A DNA stretch of 64,000 nt from Candidatus Kaiserbacteria bacterium (GCA_023267655.1 JAHFMV010000001.1:31954-95953); one strand, 5' to 3'; shown: positions 35,217-46,218, counted from the stretch's first letter. Notes: a model not told the origin generated them from the letters alone. A program made the numbers and translations.

Positions 35217-36068
35217 GTGAGAAATAAAGAATCAGATTTTGTCCAGTTAGTTTTGAAATATTTCCGAGTTAGCGGTCGCAACGCGTTACCATGGCGCGCG
35301 ACTCGTGCTCCGTACAAAATCCTCGTCTCTGAAATCATGCTGCAGCAGACGCAGGTGGATAGAGTGATTCCTTACTTTACGAAGTGGATGAAGAAATTTC
35401 CGACGGTGCAATCACTTGCAAAAGCACCACTCTCTGATGTTTTGAAGGAATGGAGCGGGCTTGGATATAACCGCCGAGCGAAGTTATTGCGGGAGTGTGC
35501 CAAAGAAATCGTGGAAAAGCACGGCGGAAAAGTCCCGAAGGACTTTTCCGCCCTCGTGGGATTGCCCGCCATCGGCCCTTACACCGCCGGAGCCATCCGC
35601 GCATTCGCATTCAACGAACCGGAGGTATTCATCGAAACCAACATCCGTGCAGCACTCATCCACCATTTTTTCCCGCGGTCGAAAAAAGTACCTGACACAA
35701 AACTCATCCCGATCTTGAAATTGTTACTCCTTAATCCCGACAGTCTGACTATCGGTACCGATAGTCAGACTGTCGGGATTGGTTCGCGGGAGTGGTATAG
35801 CGCACTCATGGACTACGGCGCACATATCAAAAAAACCAATCCCAACCCATCACGCCGCAGCACGCATCACACCCGCCAATCGCCGTTTGAAGGCAGTCTT
35901 CGCCAATACCGCGGCATTATCTTACGCCGTCTGCTTGATGGTCCGATTGCTCACGAGGTGCTTCTTAAAGTCGAAACGGAACAATCATATTTTCTCGAAC
36001 TCGCGCTTCGTGATTTGGAACGAGAAGGAATGATAAAAAAGAAAAAAGGAAAATGGTGGATTGCATGA
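35217..36068 (+). CDS. MutY-like HhH-GPD adenine DNA glycosylase homolog (no recognisable FeS-cluster loop)
   Basis: …ALPWRATRAPYKILVSEIMLQQTQVDRVIPYFTKWMKKFPT… is the MutY N-terminal signature; GLGYNRRAKLL, GLPAIGPYTAGAI. Start uncertain (GTG at 35217; the track's TTG is at 35136). It contains the 48-bp palindrome listed below. Confidence 0.65.
   Translation: MRNKESDFVQLVLKYFRVSGRNALPWRATRAPYKILVSEIMLQQTQVDRVIPYFTKWMKKFPTVQSLAKAPLSDVLKEWSGLGYNRRAKLLRECAKEIVEKHGGKVPKDFSALVGLPAIGPYTAGAIRAFAFNEPEVFIETNIRAALIHHFFPRSKKVPDTKLIPILKLLLLNPDSLTIGTDSQTVGIGSREWYSALMDYGAHIKKTNPNPSRRSTHHTRQSPFEGSLRQYRGIILRRLLDGPIAHEVLLKVETEQSYFLELALRDLEREGMIKKKKGKWWIA
35733..35780. repeat. perfect 48-bp palindrome inside the mutY-like CDS
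   Basis: aatcccgacagtctgactatcggt|accgatagtcagactgtcgggatt is an exact reverse complement around a central GGTACC. It is in frame (NPDSLTIGTDSQTVGI) and falls in a loop before the conserved …EWYSALMDYGA helix. Confidence 0.9.
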
Positions 36069-36074
36069 AAGATG

Positions 36075-36102
36075 ATGCGGCACGGGAGCAATCCGTGCCG
36101 CA
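36075..36102. terminator. hairpin terminator between convergent genes
   Basis: gcggcacgg-gagcaa-ccgtgccgc then aataaa. Confidence 0.45.
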
Positions 36103-36108
36103 ATAAAT

Positions 36109-36378
36109 CTAGGCCGCTTGTGCTTCCTCGCGTAGCCTAAGCGCTGCACTTGCGATAATTTGGTGCGCGCGACGACCTATGACAACACGAAAGGCCGCGA
36201 CAAGTTCCTCCTCTCCTCCGAAGATGCTACGCATGCCACCTGAGTTCAAAATGCCGTATTCGTCGGCATCTTCTTCTGCTCGCTTGACGACTGCCTGCGC
36301 CACCTCTTGTTTGATGATCCAGTTTCCATAGAGAAACTGGTCAGAAAAGAACTTCTTTACGTTCTCCACTGTATACAT
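36109..36378 (-). CDS. hypothetical protein co-transcribed downstream of rnj
   Basis: ATG preceded by GGAGGA (MYTVENVKKFFSDQ…); the ORF track extends it to a TTG overlapping the rnj stop. Confidence 0.45.
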   Translation of the reverse strand: MYTVENVKKFFSDQFLYGNWIIKQEVAQAVVKRAEEDADEYGILNSGGMRSIFGGEEELVAAFRVVIGRRAHQIIASAALRLREEAQAA

Positions 36379-36434
36379 TGGATCCTCCGTGAGTATGAGA
36401 GCGTGAAGGGAATCTACCACGCGTGGCGTAATTC

Positions 36435-38390
36435 TCAAACACTCACAATCACCGGAATAACGATCGGACGCTTTTGCGTTTTCATCAGGAGGAATCGTGA
36501 GACATTTTCGGCGAGGTCTTCGCGGGCCATGTCGAGGTCCGCTGCGCGCGGGTTTTTCATCGACTGCTCGACTGATTTGCGGATGATGAGGCGCGTCTGG
36601 TCCATGAGATCTTTGTTATCGCGCAAGTACACGAATCCACGCGAAATGATGTCGGGGGATTTGTGGAGGCGTCCCGTGCGACGATCGACGGTTGCGACGA
36701 CGACGCAGAAACCTTCTTGCCCGAGCGCTTTGCGATCGCGCATGAGGACGTCGGAGAGTTCCGAGACCGTGTGACCTTCGACGACACGCAATTCATTCGG
36801 CGCTTTGACCGCAAGTGCCTTGATCTTCTCGCCGTCGGTAATTTCCACGATCGATGAATTGTCGGCGATGACAATATTCTGCCGCGCGACGCCGAGTTCT
36901 TCTGCAACATCAGCGTGCACACGGAGCATGAAGTGGTAGCCGTGAACAGGCACGAAGAATTTTTCTTTGACCTGTTTGTGGATCCACACCGCTTCTTCGC
37001 GGTTACCGTGGCCGGACGCGTGCACGTCAGATGCGTGGTACGTGATGATACGCGCGCCTTGTCGAGAGAGGTTGTCTTTCAACTTCTGCACCGCGCGTTC
37101 GTTGCCGGGAATGACCGACGATGAGAGCACGATGGTGTCCGTCGGCTGCAAGCGGATGTATTTGTGCGATTTGTTGCCGATGCGAGCGAGCGACGCGAAC
37201 TCGTCGCCTTGTGCGCCGGTCGCAAGAATCACGACTTTTTCCGGCGGAAATCGGTCGAGGTCTTCGACATTAATCACCGTCTCGTCACGGTACTTGATGA
37301 GGCCGAGCTCGCGGGCGATCTCGATATTTGTGCGCATCGAGCGGCCGTCGATGACCACCTTTTTCGCATTCTCTTCGGCGAACATCATGACACGGATGAG
37401 GCGCTCCAAGTGCGATGCGAACATCGCGATAATGAGCCGTCCCTTCGCTTCTGTGATGATTTTCTCGAGGGTTACATACACAGTCGATTCAGGAATAGAA
37501 AATCCCGGCTGCCAGACGTTGGTTGAGTCCATAAGGAGCGCGAGTACTTTGCGATCTTTAAAGATTGCAAATTCGCGCTGTTCTTCGGCCGACGGAATGC
37601 CATCTTTGTGATTGAGTTTGATGTCACCGGTAAAGACGACGTCGCCCCATTTGGTTTCGATGATTATACCCATCGAATCAGGAACCGTGTGCGTGACACC
37701 AAAGAAGCGCAACGTGTGATCGCCGAGCTTGATGACTTCATCCTTTTCGACTTCACGGATTTGCACCGGCACTGCCTGCGCAAATTCCTCTTGGCGTTTC
37801 TTGATCATCATGCCGGTGAGGCGACGCGTGTAGATCATGGGGTTTCCGATGCGGTCGATGATGTACGGAATGCCACCGATGTGGTCGAGGTGACCGTGCG
37901 AGATGAGGAGTCCGCGCACTTTGTCGCGGCGCTCTTCGAGGTAGCCGGTGTTTGGCAAGATGTAATCAATGCCCGGGGTGTCGTCTTCTTTAAATTGGAA
38001 TCCGGCATCTAGGACAAAGATGTCGTTGCCGACTTCGATTGCGGTCATATTGCGGCCGATTTCTTCAACGCCGCCGAGCGGGATGATGCGCACGACGTTA
38101 TCCGCGATTGGCGGAATTGGCGCGTTCGGGCGCTGTCTCTCGCGTGTCGTCGGAGACGCGTGCTCGACGCGCACTTTTTGGTTGCGTCGCGGTCGTGGGC
38201 GCATCGATCCGCCGCCAAAGCGACGTCCGCCGCCCGGGCGCGGACCATGTGGTCCGGCTGGTCGCGGGCCGTGTGGGCGCGGAGTGAACGGACCCGCTGG
38301 TCGCGGTCCATGGGGTCGAGGAGAAGTCGCGGGCGCGGGCATTGGTGCGGGCGCGCCGGAATTCTGGGGTTCAGGTGTAAACATGTTCAT
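36435..38390 (-). CDS. rnj: ribonuclease J (metallo-beta-lactamase/beta-CASP) with an ~110-aa R/G/P-rich N-terminal extension
   Basis: HGHLDHIGG motif, beta-CASP and RNA-metabolising MBL blocks. The N-terminus carries PRPHGPRPAGP x3 encoded by tandem nucleotide repeats at 38230-38340. Confidence 0.9.
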   Translation of the reverse strand: MNMFTPEPQNSGAPAPMPAPATSPRPHGPRPAGPFTPRPHGPRPAGPHGPRPGGGRRFGGGSMRPRPRRNQKVRVEHASPTTRERQRPNAPIPPIADNVVRIIPLGGVEEIGRNMTAIEVGNDIFVLDAGFQFKEDDTPGIDYILPNTGYLEERRDKVRGLLISHGHLDHIGGIPYIIDRIGNPMIYTRRLTGMMIKKRQEEFAQAVPVQIREVEKDEVIKLGDHTLRFFGVTHTVPDSMGIIIETKWGDVVFTGDIKLNHKDGIPSAEEQREFAIFKDRKVLALLMDSTNVWQPGFSIPESTVYVTLEKIITEAKGRLIIAMFASHLERLIRVMMFAEENAKKVVIDGRSMRTNIEIARELGLIKYRDETVINVEDLDRFPPEKVVILATGAQGDEFASLARIGNKSHKYIRLQPTDTIVLSSSVIPGNERAVQKLKDNLSRQGARIITYHASDVHASGHGNREEAVWIHKQVKEKFFVPVHGYHFMLRVHADVAEELGVARQNIVIADNSSIVEITDGEKIKALAVKAPNELRVVEGHTVSELSDVLMRDRKALGQEGFCVVVATVDRRTGRLHKSPDIISRGFVYLRDNKDLMDQTRLIIRKSVEQSMKNPRAADLDMAREDLAENVSRFLLMKTQKRPIVIPVIVSV

Positions 38391-38402
38391 AAGGGTAGGT
38401 AT

Positions 38403-38426
38403 TAGCCACTAGGGTTTAGCCACTAG
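38403..38426 (-). promoter_or_regulatory. tandem CTAGTGGCTA motif in the rnj 5' UTR (shared with groES and groEL)
   Basis: In gene sense: ccctagtggctaaaccctagtggctaa, 12 nt upstream of the rnj ATG. Confidence 0.45.
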
Positions 38427-38517
38427 GGAAATACGATTTAATAATGCGATTAATAATTTTTTCTAATAATTTTGTAACAATTGAATTTTCTAGAAGCTAG
38501 AAGCTTGTCGCTAGAAG

Positions 38518-40362
38518 CTATTTTGAAAATATATTCCACACACGCTCAGTGTCGCGGTACCACCGGTACACGTCATTGAAACGATCCGACGGGACGGTCA
38601 GTGTCCCGATGTCCACGCCGTGGATTCGGGAAGGAACGATGTAGGCAAGTTGTGGTGAGTAGAGAAACACGGCAGGCCTATCCGAGTCAATAGCTGCGAG
38701 AAATTGCTGGAAATATGCTTCGCGCTGTTTCGGATCGGTTTCTGCGCGCGCGAGGGCAAGTTCTTTGTCTGCTGCCGTTGAAGTGTAGAGCGCCAAATTC
38801 AATCCCGGATCGTTGCGTTGTGATGAATGCCAGAAGGCAAACAAGTCGAGCGAACGACCGACGACTTCGCCAAAGAGAATCGCATCGTACGCACGCGGTC
38901 GCAAGATCGTCGTGTTAAATTCTGACAGAGGATACACCTGCACGCTTGTCTGTATACCGATCGCATTCCACGCGTCCGCGACTGCGTGCGCGGTTGCAAC
39001 CAATTCTTCTGTATCCGGCGTTGCGAGCGCGAGCGAGAGTTCTTGTTTGTCTTTTTTCCACACACCATCGGGGGCCTGTCCCGTGGAACCCGTCTGTTCA
39101 ACTGGGGTCGTACTCGACGTTGCCGTGAATTTCCATCCGCCATTTATGAGTGCTTGCTTTGCGGCTTCCGGATCGGCCGCAGCTACACTCGATGACGCTT
39201 CGCCGGAGAAAAGTCCGGGCGGGATCGGACCACCCAGCGCATCGCCGTAGCCGCCGAGCACCTGGTTGATGATCGTATTTTTATCAACCGCGAGTGTGAG
39301 AGCTTTTCGAACCGCGGCATTCGCGAGAACCGGCGCATGGTTTTGGTTTAAGAAAACGCCAAACGTGCGCGCGAGCGAAATTTTCTTCAAATCCGCGCTC
39401 TCTTGCAAGCCGCGCGAAAGGTTTTTCGGCGACGACGCGACCAAACTTTCGATATCGCCGTTTTCATATGCGGCGACAAGGTCGTCGTCATTGGCGTACG
39501 TGCGATACGTTATTTTGGAAATATTCGGCTCGCCGAGCGCAAATTTGGCAAACGACGCGAGTTTGTATTCGTTCGGCGCACCGGTCGCATCGAGGCTTAC
39601 GCTGGTCGCACGATACGGACCGCTCCCGACAGGATGTGTGTTCAAAGAACTAAATGCGAATTCGTCGGCAGATACGTTTTCCCACAGCGCCTTCGGCAGG
39701 ATGCCGAGCGTTGCGTTCTCGCGAAATGGCGCATAGGCGTGGGGAAGTGTAAAGACGACCGTGCGCGCATCCGGTGCTGATGCCGAGACACCTTCCCAAT
39801 CGGCACGGCGCGGACTTTTCGTGTCAGGGTTTTGCGCGAGATCGACGGTAAAGAGAACATCAGCGGAGGTAAGCGGCGTCCCGTCGTGGAAGGTGAGGTT
39901 TGGCCGCAAATGGAACGTGTACACGGTGCCATCGGCCGAAATATCCATGCTCTCGGCAATATCCGGCGTATAGACGCCATCATTTCCTGCGCGCAGAAGT
40001 CCCGAGTACACAAGTGCGGTCAAATCTTCGTCAGTTTGCGAGGCGGCGAGAAGCGGATTGATGAAGCGGGGCGTGCCCACGGCGCCTTCGGTGAGAGAGC
40101 CGCCACGAGTCGGTACTTCGGTCGAGACTGCTTGGTTCACGTTTGCGAGCAAGATAAATGCGCTGATCGCGAGCGCGATGGAACAGACATACAAAAAGAG
40201 GCGCTCGGACGGCGAGAAGGTGCGAAGCAACACGTCGAGACCTTTCAGCGGCCGGCGCCACGATGATTGTGCGCGTATCGTAAGTGGTTCGCTCTCCAAA
40301 GGGATGCGACCGGCCTCACGGTTTTTTATAGCTTCAAGTGAAAGCTGTATTTCTGGTTCCAT
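38518..40362 (-). CDS. ABC transporter substrate-binding protein, family 5 (oligopeptide/nickel OppA/DppA-like), membrane-anchored
   Basis: 614 aa; N-terminal TM then SBP_bac_5 blocks (…GGSLTEGAVGTPRFINPLLA…YSGLL…, …FNDVYRW…). Confidence 0.75.
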   Translation of the reverse strand: MEPEIQLSLEAIKNREAGRIPLESEPLTIRAQSSWRRPLKGLDVLLRTFSPSERLFLYVCSIALAISAFILLANVNQAVSTEVPTRGGSLTEGAVGTPRFINPLLAASQTDEDLTALVYSGLLRAGNDGVYTPDIAESMDISADGTVYTFHLRPNLTFHDGTPLTSADVLFTVDLAQNPDTKSPRRADWEGVSASAPDARTVVFTLPHAYAPFRENATLGILPKALWENVSADEFAFSSLNTHPVGSGPYRATSVSLDATGAPNEYKLASFAKFALGEPNISKITYRTYANDDDLVAAYENGDIESLVASSPKNLSRGLQESADLKKISLARTFGVFLNQNHAPVLANAAVRKALTLAVDKNTIINQVLGGYGDALGGPIPPGLFSGEASSSVAAADPEAAKQALINGGWKFTATSSTTPVEQTGSTGQAPDGVWKKDKQELSLALATPDTEELVATAHAVADAWNAIGIQTSVQVYPLSEFNTTILRPRAYDAILFGEVVGRSLDLFAFWHSSQRNDPGLNLALYTSTAADKELALARAETDPKQREAYFQQFLAAIDSDRPAVFLYSPQLAYIVPSRIHGVDIGTLTVPSDRFNDVYRWYRDTERVWNIFSK

Positions 40363-40570
40363 GCCCGGTTAGTACAATTTCGAATAATTCCTGCGGCGGC
40401 AAAATGCTCGGCAGGTTCGAAGGTCTAATAATGTTGCAGATATTTTCTTTACGTCGTTTTTCATCATAATGAGCGATTCGAAATTGTCCTACCGGGTATG
40501 CAAACGAAATGAAAGTGCGGAAGATTTTTCCGCAACAAGCGAGTAGCCCTAATAACGGAGGCCTGCTTGA

Positions 40571-40801
40571 TTAACTAATGAGTAAGTGAATGAGTGCCGA
40601 CAAGGCAAAGAGGACAGCGATAACAATGGTAGCGCGGAAAAGGGTCTTTTCCAACCCCCTACGTGTGTGGAAACCGGAGCTGAAGTTGTCAGCCCCAAAG
40701 GCGCCTCCCAAGGACGCTCCAGTTCGCTGCAATAGCACGCAAACCATGAGGAGTACCGAGAGGACGATCTGCACATATGGCAGTACCGTCGCGAGTTCCA
40801 T
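40571..40801 (-). CDS. secG: preprotein translocase subunit SecG
   Basis: MELATVLPYVQIVLSVLLMVCVLLQ…G..GGAFG…FRATIVIAVLFALSALIHLL. Confidence 0.8.
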   Translation of the reverse strand: MELATVLPYVQIVLSVLLMVCVLLQRTGASLGGAFGADNFSSGFHTRRGLEKTLFRATIVIAVLFALSALIHLLIS

Positions 40802-41370
40802 GGGGAAGATAGTATCAAATTGTAGATTGGTGGTCAAGGATGGCGCTCGCGGCACTGCGGCGCATGCCTCTCTCGGGTCGCTATCTGCGCGTGCTCGCGC
40901 AGCGCTCGGGCTCGGCCTCGTCAGGCCTGCGCAGACCCTCGCGAAGCACGACGCCGCACTGCCGTCTCGCTTCTTCCGATTTCGTAGTAGTAAAGTTGAA
41001 GCCGGCCTCGCGCTTCGCGCTCGGCCGGCTCCCGCGTCCTATGGGCCATCATATTTAATGACATCTTACGTAGAGTCTGTCAAGAGTGCACAACTGCTTT
41101 GACTTCACTTCGGGGCAGGAGTACCGTATCTGCTACTCGGATATGGTGCCGAGCATGTTCTGGAGGGTTCATGCACAAGCATAAACAGAGGCGAGCGCGT
41201 AGGACGTTTATGGCATGGTATCGGGCTAATCAGCGGAGGCGCCGTCCACGAGCGCGGGTGCACATAGAAACGGCTCCGGTTTTCACGTTGTTCTGGCGTA
41301 AGTTGGTTCAGCTTTTTAGGGTCGAAAGACCGCGTCGGCGAATGGCCTAGCGCAAAGAGGCGAGAAGATT

Positions 41371-41400
41371 GGCGGCGTCCACGAGGCGCCGCTGTTTTTT
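41371..41400 (+). terminator. rho-independent terminator (+ strand) with no annotated upstream + gene
   Basis: ggcggcgtccacgaggcgccgc followed by tgtttttt. Confidence 0.5.
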
Positions 41401-41401
41401 G

Positions 41402-41430
41402 TTGACACCGGGGTAAATTTCGTAAATAAT
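41402..41430 (+). promoter_or_regulatory. sigma70-like promoter for groES-groEL
   Basis: TTGACA-N17-TAAATA(AT). Confidence 0.45.
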
Positions 41431-41452
41431 ACCCGCGATTTATAAGTATCTG

Positions 41453-41483
41453 CTAGTGGCTAAACCCTAGTGGCTAGTGGCTA
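41453..41483 (+). promoter_or_regulatory. three CTAGTGGCTA units in the groES 5' UTR
   Basis: ctagtggctaaaccctagtggctagtggcta, ending 5 nt before the groES ATG. Confidence 0.45.
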
Positions 41484-41488
41484 TTTTT

Positions 41489-41863
41489 ATGGCAAAAAAC
41501 AAGAAGAAAGCAAAAAAGTCGAAGAAACCAGTCAAGAAAACTATCCGCAAAGTGGTCGCACAATTTGGCATTCAGCCGGTCGGCGACAAGGTGCTCGTGA
41601 GACCGCAAGAGGTGGAACAGAAAACTCCTTCTGGCCTTATCATCCCGGACACCGTTAAAAAGGACAAAATGATGACGGGCGTTGTCGTTGCCGTCGGCAC
41701 CGGCCGCGTGAGCGAAACAGGCGCACGCATTCCACTTTCTGTTTCTGAAGGCGACGTGATTTATTTCAGCCGCGGATGGGACGAGGAGGGCAGCAAATTT
41801 CCGTGGAAAGGCGAAGACTATTATCTCGTGTCGGAAAGCGACATCAAAGCAGTTATTAATTGA
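41489..41863 (+). CDS. groES: co-chaperonin GroES with a ~25-aa lysine-rich N-terminal extension
   Basis: MAKNKKKAKKSKKPVKKTIRKVVAQF-GIQPVGDKVLVRP… (the canonical GroES begins at I-x-P-L-G-D-R-V-L-V); ends GEDYYLVSESDIKAVIN. Confidence 0.85.
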   Translation: MAKNKKKAKKSKKPVKKTIRKVVAQFGIQPVGDKVLVRPQEVEQKTPSGLIIPDTVKKDKMMTGVVVAVGTGRVSETGARIPLSVSEGDVIYFSRGWDEEGSKFPWKGEDYYLVSESDIKAVIN

Positions 41864-41869
41864 ATTTCC

Positions 41870-43567
<1,698 letters not shown>

Positions 43568-43589
43568 ATCTTCTCAACAGTACGGGGAG

Positions 43590-43625
43590 CCGGCCGCGCG
43601 AAAGCACGGCCGGCTCCTTTATACT
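43590..43625 (+). terminator. rho-independent terminator after groEL
   Basis: ggagccggccgcgcgaaagcacggccggctcc followed by tttata. Confidence 0.5.
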
Positions 43626-43632
43626 GTAGGCA

Positions 43633-46218
43633 ATGGCATCCGCTCTTCGCGTAGGTCTTTTTGCGTCGTTACTGTTCGTCGCTTGTGTAATCGCGTATCC
43701 GACTATTTCGCGCGCGACCGGCACCCAAGCAGATCAGCAATGCCAGCCCGGCGGGAAAATTGGCCAGAAGTGCACTGACAACACTCATGGATACAAGACA
43801 CAAGGAAAGTGCGCGTATGTGTACGTCTGCAAAGCAGACAGTGTCCCCAGCAACGAACCACCGCTGTGTACCGGCGGCGGGAAAGACTGTCCCGTTGGCG
43901 GACCGTCACCATCAAATTTCAATCCGTACCCCAAGGCGATCAAAATTGCATCGGGTTCGCCATCCATCCCGACTTCGAGCATCTCTGATCTTGAAAAAGG
44001 AGTCCTTGGTGCTGCATTTGCATCTGATGAAGCGACGCCGACCGACCTTGCAGATTTAAGTGCCTCCGCCAACGTGTCGTTGAAAACGATATTGGATGCG
44101 CAAGGAGAAGACTCGAGCGATGCGCTCGCATTCGTCCCCGAATCATTTCAAAAAGAAACGAGCACGCTTTTTGCAGGACTGCGCGAAAATGCGGTAACGC
44201 TCGGACCCGGGCAAAAGCCAACCGTCGCCGTGGATGCGTTAGGAAATGTGCGTCTCGCGTTTCCATCGAATGATGGCACATCGTTCGGTGCGACTTTCGA
44301 TGCATCCAGCGATGAAAATTCTACCGGCATATCTTTTGCAGACGATCTGATACTCGCCGCCACCAATGCACCGCGGCATTTCGCGCTCGGTTTCTATCAC
44401 GCGGGACAAGCCGCGCTCATGGTTGTGCTTGCGGATTTTTCGAGTGCGCGGGCAGAGTGGAATGTGGCGACCGAAAATTTGACGTCCGCAGCCGAGGATT
44501 TGTGGAATGTACTTCGCGCACTGTGGGAGATGCTCGTGCAGTTTATCCAGCGGTCCGTGACAGCCTATGCACAAGAGGACGATGCAAATGCCGATTGCAC
44601 ACCAGGTGAGTATCGATACGAATACACGAAACGCGACGCTCCGTGTGACAAAGAGAAATGCATGTTGCACGCGCCATGTGCCGGCTCATTTGCGCGTGGC
44701 ATCTGCGCGAGCGAAGGGAAATGCAACGCAACGAGCGTGAAAATATGCGATTCAAATTCGGGAACGTGTTCGTGGACAACGCCGCAACAAACAGCGCTCC
44801 CCGGCAGTACCGCAACGCCAAGCACCCCGCTTCCGCCGCCGGTGACTGGCGATCAGCCGCTTCCGATCAGCCCCGAATTACAAAATGCATTTTCAGATAA
44901 CGCGAAACAACAGGCAGACGCGCAGGCGCGCATCGACGCGGCACAGCAAAAATTGATGGAAGCGTTCAATAATTTGCAAAATGATCCGCAGAATTATTCA
45001 GCGCGATTTGACGACGTACGGAGCGCACAAAAAGAACTGTTAGATGCGCAGCGTGCGCTCAATCCGACACTCAAAGATTACCTGCTGCAAAATGTCGCGC
45101 CGCGCATGACGCCGACGGAACTTCTGCCTGACGGGAATTCAGCACCGATTATGCGGTATGAATGGATCAACAATCTCGGTTCAGCGCCTGCCCCGTTCGA
45201 GGCCGTAGGCTCTCAAACGGGGTTCGCGCCGTTTAAGGTGGCGCAATTAGGAGACGGCCCACCGATTCCGCTGTTGTCCGACGAAGCGCTCCAGAATGAG
45301 CTCGAACTGCGTAAGCTTTCGATCGACGCGGCAAATGAACTTCGCGGCGGCATGTATGCACCGAATGGCGTCAGTCCATTTTCCTTTGCACCACCCGGTT
45401 CGCTCACTATGCCGCCGGAAGAGCCGCTCACGGTGACAAACTATTCGTTTGATTCGATCAGCGATGCGGTTACGGCTGGCGTGAAGTGTCTCTTTGGCAC
45501 GTGTCCGACGCCGCTTTCTAATTCAGTGCCATTTGGCGGTTTAAATTCCATTGCAGATTTCGGACTGACCGAGCCGTTTGTCGTGAGCGGTAATTTAACC
45601 GAGCCACAGACGCCACCATGGACAGGCGAGACCTCGCTTACCGAACCCGAATTGAAAAAGCTGCTTGAGCAAGAGGGAAAGGGTCCGCCGCTTCCTACAG
45701 CGCCCACACCGACCGAGACCGCGCAACCTTCACCGAAGCCGCAAAATCCTCAGACACAAACGCCGCAGCCGACTCCACAACCACAAACTCCAGAGCGACC
45801 GGCAACACCAAGCGCCGCTCCGTCAGGTAAAACGAATGCGGGCACGGGCGGATTTTCATTACAGTCGTTGCTGCCATCACTCTGGAGCGTTCTCGCGAAT
45901 CTTTTTAACTATCTTCGAGACGGAAATGCGGCAAATACCAATCCTTCAACCCCTCAAAATCCTCCAGCACCCGCCCCCACCGCATCGCTCTCAATCGATC
46001 CGTCGCGCATTTCAATAGGCACCGTCACGCGCCTCATGTGGTCGTGTACGAATGCCGATTCCAGCGTCATCTATCTTTCCGATGGCACCGCCTATATTCG
46101 CGACGGTGTAAACGGCACTGCGACCACCTCACCGCTTTCTGTCACCACCACTTTCCGCCTCGTCTGCTCGGGCCACGGCGGCTCCGCCGAAAATTCTTCG
46201 ACGGTCACGGTGCAATAA
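43633..46218 (+). CDS. secreted 861-aa Cys-rich / Pro-rich protein with a C-terminal Ig-like domain shared with the 5021-aa giant
   Basis: Signal peptide MASALRVGLFASLLFVACVIAYPTISRATG. Cys-rich N-terminal modules. The C-terminal ~85 aa SLSIDPSRISIGTVTRLMWSCTNADSSVIYLSDGTAYIRDG…TFRLVCSGHGGSAENSSTVTVQ parallels …VTLTAKPTSVDSGKTAQLSWSGENIANCTIYGPG…FGIACSGSDGTSITSATVTVKV in the giant. Confidence 0.7.
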   Translation: MASALRVGLFASLLFVACVIAYPTISRATGTQADQQCQPGGKIGQKCTDNTHGYKTQGKCAYVYVCKADSVPSNEPPLCTGGGKDCPVGGPSPSNFNPYPKAIKIASGSPSIPTSSISDLEKGVLGAAFASDEATPTDLADLSASANVSLKTILDAQGEDSSDALAFVPESFQKETSTLFAGLRENAVTLGPGQKPTVAVDALGNVRLAFPSNDGTSFGATFDASSDENSTGISFADDLILAATNAPRHFALGFYHAGQAALMVVLADFSSARAEWNVATENLTSAAEDLWNVLRALWEMLVQFIQRSVTAYAQEDDANADCTPGEYRYEYTKRDAPCDKEKCMLHAPCAGSFARGICASEGKCNATSVKICDSNSGTCSWTTPQQTALPGSTATPSTPLPPPVTGDQPLPISPELQNAFSDNAKQQADAQARIDAAQQKLMEAFNNLQNDPQNYSARFDDVRSAQKELLDAQRALNPTLKDYLLQNVAPRMTPTELLPDGNSAPIMRYEWINNLGSAPAPFEAVGSQTGFAPFKVAQLGDGPPIPLLSDEALQNELELRKLSIDAANELRGGMYAPNGVSPFSFAPPGSLTMPPEEPLTVTNYSFDSISDAVTAGVKCLFGTCPTPLSNSVPFGGLNSIADFGLTEPFVVSGNLTEPQTPPWTGETSLTEPELKKLLEQEGKGPPLPTAPTPTETAQPSPKPQNPQTQTPQPTPQPQTPERPATPSAAPSGKTNAGTGGFSLQSLLPSLWSVLANLFNYLRDGNAANTNPSTPQNPPAPAPTASLSIDPSRISIGTVTRLMWSCTNADSSVIYLSDGTAYIRDGVNGTATTSPLSVTTTFRLVCSGHGGSAENSSTVTVQ

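Noticed and set aside
38440-38520. Short direct repeats (ctagaagct x3, ttagccactaggg x2) in an AT-rich intergenic region. Considered as a possible CRISPR array.
   Set aside because: The repeats are 9-13 bp, irregularly spaced, with no spacers of uniform length and no cas genes in the window. The tagccactag units are better explained as the regulatory motif shared with groES/groEL.
40590-41102. 170-aa plus-strand ORF overlapping secG in antisense and extending into the intergenic region.
   Set aside because: It overlaps a well-supported secG on the opposite strand. The Ala/Arg-rich translation has no domain signal. The downstream part is more plausibly non-coding RNA or structured DNA.
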